This document shows positions 57,951-64,000 of a DNA stretch of 64,000 nucleotides, piece after piece. The notes beneath the pieces were generated by a model that was not told where the DNA came from, searched no databases, and saw nothing but the letters and a program-made list of their open reading frames with translations. The stretch is from a virus. Every line of letters starts with the position of its first letter. Positions within the stretch are counted from its first letter, which is position 1. The position numbers were made by a program, and so were the translations under genes. The DNA is taken from positions 32,001-96,000 of IMG/VR virus record IMGVR_UViG_3300020183_000007; one strand, 5' to 3'.

Positions 57951-59360
57951 CTACTCTATATTTGCTTTTCTTTTTGTTGGCTTTTGAAAATCAAAAGTAA
58001 AACTATTATTAAGATAGTCAATATAAAATATAGTACCCTTTGGTATGCTGCTATTAACAATAGTTTTAGCAAGTGGTGTTTCTATAACATCACGTCTCAC
58101 CTGAGAGATGCCTCGTGCGCCTTTAACTGTATCTATCCCTTTATCTATCAGGGCATTTATAACATTGTCAGTGTAAGCAATTGATAGCCCTTTTCTGGAA
58201 AGCTTGTCAGCTATAAGGCTCATTTCCATTTCTGCTATTTTTTGACAGTTTTCATAATTCAAATGATTAAATATAACAATTTTGTCTAATCGGTTAATTA
58301 GTTCTACTTTAAAATATTTATTAATAGCCTCGTGAGCGTTTCTTTGTACAACAGATCTTGGTGGTACTTCTTTTGTTTCTCTTTTAAAAACAACATTTCT
58401 TGTGAAGCCAGCACCAGTAGAAATTATATGATCAACTGTTTTATCGTTTCCTAGATTGGTCGTTAATATAATAATACAATTTCTGAAGTTAACGCTTTCA
58501 CCTTTAGAATCTGTAACCATACCTTCATCAAATATTCTTAAGAAGGTGTTCCATATGTCAGCATGTGCTTTTTCGACTTCATCAATCAGCACAACGGTAT
58601 TTGGATTTTTCTTGATTTGGTTAGTTAATTGACCCCCATCATCATGACCTATGTAGCCCGGTGGTGAACCTAAAAGCTTTTGATTTTCATGTTTATGTTG
58701 ATATTCTCCGCAGTCTATTCTAACCATGGAGGAATTGCTGTCAAAAAGATATTTGTGCAGTGCATTAGCTAAATGGGTCTTTCCGACACCAGAACTTCCC
58801 GCAAACAAAAAGACACCCAAAGGTCTATTAGGATCATTTAGTTCAGCTTGAGATCTGAACAGCGCAGAAATAACCTCATCAATTGCTTCATCTTGACCTA
58901 TGACATTACTTTTAAGATATTGCTCTAATCCTAAAAACTTTTGCTTGTTAAGTTTTTTTATCTTAGAGGGCGCAGAACTATTTTTACTTTTATTTTCAGC
59001 TTGACGTAAAAATTTCTTAATTTGATCAATATTATAATCTTTTCCAATACCATCAGAAAATTTAGCTGGATTTGTTGAGTATGCGATATTTAACCAGTAA
59101 TCAATATCCAGGCCAGGATTTAACATAATACAGCCGGCATAAACTGCCTCTAGCGCTCTTTCTGCTGCGTCCCTAGACATCGACGCTAAAGCAGCGGCAA
59201 CATCTGTTGTTAAATTATAAACAATAAATTGTAATATTCTTTTTCTTAAGTCTTTTGCGGCTTTATTCTTCTTAACAAAGTCTTCTAAATCTTTTACTGG
59301 CAAAACTTTAAACTTAACATTAGTGCCTAGCTCAGGTATGAATATCTGATATATGTTCAT
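57951..59360 (-). CDS. Clp/Hsp100-family ATPase with a single NBD2-type AAA+ domain (469 aa)
   Basis: VIGQDEAI, RPLGVFLFAGSSGVGKT (Walker A), RIDCGEY, LLGSPPGYIG, VLIDEVEKAH (Walker B), ELINRLDKIVIF. Preceded by a roughly 135-aa unrecognised N-domain. No NBD1. Confidence 0.9.
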   Translation of the reverse strand: MNIYQIFIPELGTNVKFKVLPVKDLEDFVKKNKAAKDLRKRILQFIVYNLTTDVAAALASMSRDAAERALEAVYAGCIMLNPGLDIDYWLNIAYSTNPAKFSDGIGKDYNIDQIKKFLRQAENKSKNSSAPSKIKKLNKQKFLGLEQYLKSNVIGQDEAIDEVISALFRSQAELNDPNRPLGVFLFAGSSGVGKTHLANALHKYLFDSNSSMVRIDCGEYQHKHENQKLLGSPPGYIGHDDGGQLTNQIKKNPNTVVLIDEVEKAHADIWNTFLRIFDEGMVTDSKGESVNFRNCIIILTTNLGNDKTVDHIISTGAGFTRNVVFKRETKEVPPRSVVQRNAHEAINKYFKVELINRLDKIVIFNHLNYENCQKIAEMEMSLIADKLSRKGLSIAYTDNVINALIDKGIDTVKGARGISQVRRDVIETPLAKTIVNSSIPKGTIFYIDYLNNSFTFDFQKPTKRKANIE

Positions 59361-59423
59361 CGGCTATCTCTTTCGTGGGCACGTTCTCTTATATAGAGTA
59401 TATTATTATATGTTACCATATAA

Positions 59424-59485
59424 GTATATAGGTATATAGTAACTATATATGTATATAGTAAAGGGGGGAAGGGGGGAAGGGGGGG
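59424..59485. repeat. AT-rich GTATATAG repeats and palindrome followed by G6-AA-G6-AA-G7
   Basis: GTATATAG at 59424, 59432 and 59451. Palindrome TATATAGT-A-ACTATATA at 59433-59449. G runs at 59463-68, 59471-76 and 59479-85. Confidence 0.85.
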
Positions 59486-59541
59486 TCATGGCTAGCTTAT
59501 CATACTGTGTCAAGTCAAGCCAACACATAGTGACAATATAG

Positions 59542-59703
59542 TCAATCTTTTTTTGATGAATAATCCTCTATCCACGGATGATCCTCTAGGCACGGCCCGG
59601 AAAAAGCCCAGTACCTAATAAGATCTACCGGTGTGTTAAAGCGGTTGTTTAGAAGATACAATGCTAAATGCAACTGCTCGTTAACTTTAATTTTTTTTTG
59701 CAT
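59542..59703 (-). CDS. Small hypothetical protein (53 aa, not in the ORF track)
   Basis: Manual translation MQKKIKVNEQLHLALYLLNNRFNTPVDLIRYWAFSGPCLEDHPWIEDYSSKKD. AGGAG SD and a TGATATAAT promoter upstream. Confidence 0.6.
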   Translation of the reverse strand: MQKKIKVNEQLHLALYLLNNRFNTPVDLIRYWAFSGPCLEDHPWIEDYSSKKD

Positions 59704-59739
59704 AACGCTCCTAATTTGTAATATAAAAACTATTGTAAT

Positions 59740-59748
59740 ATTATATCA
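59740..59748 (-). promoter_or_regulatory. Extended -10 promoter TGATATAAT (leftward member of a divergent pair)
   Basis: Exact motif 37 nt upstream of ATG 59703. Confidence 0.55.
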
Positions 59749-59789
59749 TTAGTCCTGCACATTGAGTCGGAGACATCTGTGTTTTTTTG

Positions 59790-59798
59790 TGATATAAT
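59790..59798 (+). promoter_or_regulatory. Extended -10 promoter TGATATAAT upstream of recA
   Basis: Exact motif 36 nt upstream of ATG 59834. Confidence 0.6.
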
Positions 59799-59833
59799 CT
59801 ATACATCATTAAGATGAAGATCGGTAGGATTTA

Positions 59834-60853
59834 ATGACAGAAGAGACAGTAGTGGCGGAAAATGAAAACGCATTGGCAAGTAAAAAAGTTTTGAAAGAGG
59901 ATTCAAAAGCTTTAGAGCTTGCAATCGCACAACTGCAGAAGCAGTATGGTTCAGGGGCAGTTATTAAACTTGGTTCCACTAATGTAAAACCTTGGGCTTC
60001 AATTCCCACTGGAGCCTTAACCCTTGACCATGCTCTTGGTATTGGTGGGTTACCACGTGGTAGAGTCGTAGAAATATTTGGTCCAGAGTCTTCAGGTAAG
60101 TCTACCATTGCTCTTACTGCTGTGGCCAAAGCTCAAAAAATAGGCCTTACATGCGCCTATATCGATGCTGAGCACGCTCTTGACCCAGTGTATATGCAGG
60201 CCGTTGGAATCGATTTGGACAACCTCTTGCTAGCTCAACCAGACTATGGCGAGCAAGGTTTTGATATTGCCGATACATTGCTGCGTACAGGTGATATTGG
60301 CCTGATTGTCATTGATTCTGTTGCGGCACTTGTTCCTAAGGCTGAGCTTGAAGGGGAAATGGAGCAACAACAGATGGGCTTACAGGCACGCATGATGGCA
60401 AAAGCTATGCGAAAGCTAACGGGATTAGCTGCTCAGCATAATACTTTAATTATTTTTGTTAATCAACTAAGAAATAAGATTGGTGTAATGTTTGGTAATC
60501 CAGAAACAACGCCTGGGGGCTTCGCTTTAAAGTATGCAGCCTCTGTTCGAATTGATGTGCGCAAGAAAGAAGATTTGAAGGACAAGCATGGTGATCCGAC
60601 TGGTATTAGAGTCAAAGCTAAAATCATCAAGAATAAAATGGCTCCGCCGATGAAGATAGTGGAATTTGATATTATGTATGCTCGGGGCATCGATGAGTTT
60701 GGTTGCATCTTCGATCTTGCAATTAATAAAGGAATTCTTAATCAAAAGGGCCCATGGGTTTACTATAATGGAGAAAACTTTTCTCAAGGGCGAGATAATG
60801 CTATTGAAAAATTAAAAAGTTCTCCAGAAATAGTGAGTATAATAAAAGGCTAA
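59834..60853 (+). CDS. recA: RecA recombinase (339 aa)
   Basis: GGLPRGRVVEIFGPESSGKST, YIDAEHALDP, IVIDSVAALVP, GLQARMM, NQLRNKIGVMFGNPETTPGG, ALKYAASVRID, KNKMAPP. Lacks the long acidic C-tail. Confidence 0.97.
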   Translation: MTEETVVAENENALASKKVLKEDSKALELAIAQLQKQYGSGAVIKLGSTNVKPWASIPTGALTLDHALGIGGLPRGRVVEIFGPESSGKSTIALTAVAKAQKIGLTCAYIDAEHALDPVYMQAVGIDLDNLLLAQPDYGEQGFDIADTLLRTGDIGLIVIDSVAALVPKAELEGEMEQQQMGLQARMMAKAMRKLTGLAAQHNTLIIFVNQLRNKIGVMFGNPETTPGGFALKYAASVRIDVRKKEDLKDKHGDPTGIRVKAKIIKNKMAPPMKIVEFDIMYARGIDEFGCIFDLAINKGILNQKGPWVYYNGENFSQGRDNAIEKLKSSPEIVSIIKG

Positions 60854-60855
60854 CA

Positions 60856-61008
60856 ATGAAGTTTGAACCAACAACTTGCCCGGAATGCTCTTATCCACCT
60901 AGATTTATTGTTACCATGGGAAATGACAACGGTCAAAAAATTTTTTTTATAAAATGCAGAGATTGTGGTGATTGCTGGGAGGAAGCTGATGACTCAGATG
61001 ATAAATGA
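60856..61008 (+). CDS. Small zinc-ribbon protein (50 aa, not in the ORF track)
   Basis: Manual translation MKFEPTTCPECSYPPRFIVTMGNDNGQKIFFIKCRDCGDCWEEADDSDDK. Starts 2 nt after the recA stop. Confidence 0.65.
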   Translation: MKFEPTTCPECSYPPRFIVTMGNDNGQKIFFIKCRDCGDCWEEADDSDDK

Positions 61009-61117
61009 GGCTACCTTACAGATTGCAACGTATATGAGAGTTTTTTTGTTGTTTGATGCTGTTCGTGATATTATCGATTAATTTTAGGTACTATATTCCG
61101 TAACTAAGGGTGGTGTT

Positions 61118-61408
61118 ATGGATTTTGTTCGAAGGATACTAGATTTATTTAAAAATAAAGTTAACGTTAATTCTTCAGAGTTTTATTCGTTTGCACATTT
61201 TTTTGAGAAGGATGAATCTGAATACGTTATTACTGTCCATAGTGAACCTAATGGTTATTTGATCTTTTGTGTCTTCTCTTATGATGAGTGGACTATGGTT
61301 GTTGATATTTGTGAGTTGACGAGCCGTAATGCTTGCGATGTTGTTCGTGAACTTGCTGATGATAATGCTGTGATGAACATTGTTGTTGATCCTCGGGATA
61401 TGAGCTAG
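61118..61408 (+). CDS. Hypothetical acidic protein (96 aa)
   Basis: AAGGGTGG SD. GTACTATATT motif at 61088-61097 upstream. Confidence 0.65.
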   Translation: MDFVRRILDLFKNKVNVNSSEFYSFAHFFEKDESEYVITVHSEPNGYLIFCVFSYDEWTMVVDICELTSRNACDVVRELADDNAVMNIVVDPRDMS

Positions 61409-61410
61409 TT

Positions 61411-62871
61411 ATGGCTACGAATCCTAAGTTGGATGAGCTGAATAAGCTTGGTTTACAGTATTTTGATAACTGGAAAGACTATGCTGCTGCTACGGCTAAC
61501 GCTTCTCCTGGTCAGGTTATTGGTGGTATAAATAAAAAGGGTAAGCTTGTTTTTTATCAGGGTGGTATTGGTGAGATAAACATTAAACAGGCTAAAGTTG
61601 AGTTGACTTCTTTAAGAAATGCCAATGCTCCTTCACAAGCGCCTGTTGCTGCTGTTTCTCAAACTGTGGCTTCTCAGCCTGCTAATACTCCTGTGTTGCA
61701 GGGTACAATTACTCAAACGCAGCCTTCTAGTAGTGCTGCTGCTGCTGGTGTTCAACAAAATGTTATTGATCCTCAACAGGTGAATCCGTCGACTAAAACA
61801 ATCGATGATGCTTTAAAAAATCCGAAAAGTAAAAGTACAAAAAAGGACACTACTTTAAAAACTGGTAAAAGGACGTCTGCTTCTATTGATCGTAGTGCAG
61901 CTATCATCAAGCTTGCCAATAATCCTGATGCTGAACAGGAAATGATGAGTATCATTTCTCGATCTGTTGGAATGAGAAAAGGTGCATCTGGCTATAGTAA
62001 GATAGTCAAATCTGCTAAAGGTACTTTAGGTAAGCCTAGTCCTGGTCCAAAGTCTAAACAAGGATATATTGATGCTGTAACTAATAGGGATTTCTTTATA
62101 GAAGAAGGAAGAGATAATACGAGCTCTTTGTTGCGTGCAAGGATTCAAGAAGAGAATCCTAACATAAGTAAAACAAAGTTAAGAAGTTTGGTAGCAAAAA
62201 AAATGTCAACTTACAGCGATGAAGCTCTTTTCAATATTGGCGAAGAGATGAACAGAGACTTAATACGGAATTATTACGTAGACACATATGCATATGAGGA
62301 ATTTGAACGTTTGGCTTCAATGACTTCAGAACAACGTTTACAAGTTTTTCAAGGTCAAAGAAGCAGGAACGTTGGTGGAAAAAGAGTTCCTATCAACAAT
62401 ATCTCTGATAGACAGGTTTTAGATTTATCCGCAACATATTTGAAACAATACGAAAGATTAGAGCTTGGTGACAGCAGAATCGTCGGCAAACTAGCAAAAG
62501 CCGGAGAAAAATTACGAGGAGGTATCGCTATGGGTGATATAAGCTATCATCCAGGATACTCTGCCATAGAATCATCGTTAGATGAAGCCTACATGCGCAG
62601 AATGGCTAATAAAGCTGCTGGCGTAGCCAGCGCAGCTGCAGACGACTCCGCTATGGTTGCCGCACAAATCTCTTCAGCGTTATCATCATCTGGGAACATG
62701 CTAGAAGACTCTGCCCAAGCCATCAACAAAGTCACTAGAAAAAAAGCTATCTCAGCGAAAACACTAGAAAAAATCATATCCTCACACAGCCTATCAGCTG
62801 GACTAGCAGCCGGAGGAGCAGCTCTACTATACGGACTCAATAAAAAACGAGGAGAAGAACAAGTAGGATAA
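61411..62871 (+). CDS. Hypothetical basic protein with a C-terminal hydrophobic helix (486 aa)
   Basis: Long clean ORF with a Gln/Ala/Pro linker, ending LSAGLAAGGAALLYGLNKKRGEEQVG. Confidence 0.75.
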   Translation: MATNPKLDELNKLGLQYFDNWKDYAAATANASPGQVIGGINKKGKLVFYQGGIGEINIKQAKVELTSLRNANAPSQAPVAAVSQTVASQPANTPVLQGTITQTQPSSSAAAAGVQQNVIDPQQVNPSTKTIDDALKNPKSKSTKKDTTLKTGKRTSASIDRSAAIIKLANNPDAEQEMMSIISRSVGMRKGASGYSKIVKSAKGTLGKPSPGPKSKQGYIDAVTNRDFFIEEGRDNTSSLLRARIQEENPNISKTKLRSLVAKKMSTYSDEALFNIGEEMNRDLIRNYYVDTYAYEEFERLASMTSEQRLQVFQGQRSRNVGGKRVPINNISDRQVLDLSATYLKQYERLELGDSRIVGKLAKAGEKLRGGIAMGDISYHPGYSAIESSLDEAYMRRMANKAAGVASAAADDSAMVAAQISSALSSSGNMLEDSAQAINKVTRKKAISAKTLEKIISSHSLSAGLAAGGAALLYGLNKKRGEEQVG

Positions 62872-62901
62872 AATATAGTCATTCGCCGGTAAAAAATTTT
62901 T

Positions 62902-62945
62902 AAGGGGTAGGAGTAACAGTAACGTTGCTCCTACCCCTTTTGTTG
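62902..62945. terminator. Probably bidirectional Rho-independent terminator between convergent genes
   Basis: 12-bp inverted repeat AAGGGGTAGGAG / CTCCTACCCCTT with a T-run to the right and an A-run to the left. Confidence 0.8.
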
Positions 62946-62969
62946 TATTTAGAAACAGTAAAGAAAAAC

Positions 62970-63188
62970 TCAGTAGTCGTAACCAGACTCCCAGCCCATT
63001 TCTTCGTACAATTCATTGCTGGATACATAGGAATTATACTGATCTAGAACAGCAAACTCTACATTAGCTATACCGCCAAACTGATTAATCCATTGGAAAC
63101 AGTCCGGACAACGTACACTTAGCCCAATTAGTTCTTCGCTAATAATAAACTCCGAACCACAGTGTGGGCAATCCATATATGAACTCAT
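62970..63188 (-). CDS. Small zinc-ribbon protein (72 aa)
   Basis: CPHC ... CPDC. AAGGA SD. Ends at the terminator. Confidence 0.7.
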   Translation of the reverse strand: MSSYMDCPHCGSEFIISEELIGLSVRCPDCFQWINQFGGIANVEFAVLDQYNSYVSSNELYEEMGWESGYDY

Positions 63189-63607
63189 ATTTTATCCTTT
63201 GCTTTGTTAGGCATTGAGTGAGTGATGTTTGCCGGCGTCAATAACCGGACATGTAGAAATATAGCCATCCACAGCATTGCTTGCAACACATATGCGAATA
63301 ATATCCAAAAAATTTCTTGCGGGCGACTTTTACGATCAGAAACAACACTGATTTATATAAGATTATATAAGTTTAATAAGGGATAATATCAGGAAAAATT
63401 TATGGGGGGGAGATAATGAGTACATGTTGTGGCTTCAGACTTTTAACGAGGCCACCCCCCCATGGGGTATGTGCTTGCTAGGAACGACAATGAGCGGTCG
63501 TCCACTCCCTACAGTGGTGCAGGTATCCCGCATAAAAGGACAGCTCCGATGAACACGTTACCATCGTAAAAGAAATGTGTAGCCATGTTAATGAAAGGAT
63601 CATCAAC

Positions 63608-63901
63608 ATGATAACATGCATCAACGATGTCATCGGCAAGTATGCCGTTGACATGAACGGAAACACCCTTCCCTATCACAAGGAGGTGACCGGACTTTTT
63701 GTCGCCCACACGGGCACTGAAGTCTGGATCAAGTCTCCGAGTGGGGACAGCTCGGACGTGCTCATCTTCGGGCATGTACACGGCAACACCGGGTGGTTCG
63801 CCCGGGAGTTCGGTGGTCGCATGATCACCGTCAGGAGCCAGCGCAAGTGGGACTACCAGAACCAAATGTGGTACTGGTACAACACAGTCCACGCTGCCTG
63901 A
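63608..63901 (+). CDS. Hypothetical protein (about 97 aa; start likely ATG 63608)
   Basis: GAAAGGA SD before ATG 63608, C/G-ending codons, strong terminator downstream. Confidence 0.6.
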   Translation: MITCINDVIGKYAVDMNGNTLPYHKEVTGLFVAHTGTEVWIKSPSGDSSDVLIFGHVHGNTGWFAREFGGRMITVRSQRKWDYQNQMWYWYNTVHAA

Positions 63902-63935
63902 CAAAGCACCTGGTAGGGCAGGTGCACAAAGAGTT

Positions 63936-63976
63936 GTTCCCCTGGGATCTTCGGATCCTGGGGGAACTTCTTTTTT
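63936..63976 (+). terminator. Rho-independent terminator with a UUCG tetraloop
   Basis: GTTCCCCTGGGATC-TTCG-GATCCTGGGGGAAC (14 bp including two G:U) followed by TTCTTTTTT. Confidence 0.85.
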
Positions 63977-64000
63977 GAGGATAGGCATCCAGCCATGTCC

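Noticed and set aside
57564-58184. 206-aa plus-strand ORF
   Set aside because: Antisense to the 153-aa gene and the Clp ATPase. No recognisable features.
48453-60853. Inteins or introns in terL and recA
   Set aside because: Both have normal length and motif spacing, with no intein junction or homing-endonuclease motifs.
59834-60853. Host assignment or cellular origin based on recA
   Set aside because: recA is flanked by phage-type genes and large phages often carry it. A phylogeny is needed to say anything about the host.
63190-63470. Possible tRNA or ncRNA in the gene-free gap
   Set aside because: I could not find a cloverleaf, TTC T-loop or CCA end by eye. A covariance-model search would be needed to exclude it fully.
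63509-63988. 159-aa minus-strand ORF
   Set aside because: It runs through a plus-strand terminator hairpin. The plus-strand ORF has the SD and the downstream terminator.
1-64000. CRISPR array, DGR/retron, integrase or transposase
   Set aside because: No regularly spaced repeats, reverse-transcriptase motifs or recombinase/transposase motifs were seen in any ORF.
1-64000. Alternative genetic code (stop-codon reassignment)
   Set aside because: Genes up to 3718 aa are intact under the standard code, and TAA, TAG and TGA all end genes with tight spacing to the next start.

Overview
This is a 64-kb piece of a large, AT-rich tailed dsDNA phage with a contractile tail. There is no cellular housekeeping context. 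Almost all genes from 1 to 59.7 kb are on the minus strand and form one packaging and virion module. In transcription order (right to left): single-AAA Clp-type ATPase, small Cys proteins, probable small terminase, three large Gly/Ala-rich proteins (one carrying a DEDDh exonuclease), large terminase, fibre proteins, portal, glycosyltransferase, prohead protease/scaffold, decoration protein, major capsid, neck, two sheath-like genes, three tube-like genes, two paralogous tail chaperones, a 2231-aa tape-measure-like protein, a 1691-aa protein with two-barrel RNA polymerase-like motifs, and a 3718-aa baseplate hub ending in a staphylococcal-nuclease domain. recA and a few small genes follow on the plus strand, then a strand-skew inversion and a GC-richer end. 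The most interesting signal is a possible set of virion-delivered proteins that share Gly/Ala-rich hydrophobic helices and carry nucleic-acid enzymes: a non-canonical RNA polymerase-like protein, a 3'-5' exonuclease and an SNase. All functional calls come from motifs recognised by eye; no database search was run. The host cannot be assigned from this window. No CRISPR array, tRNA, integrase or transposase was seen.
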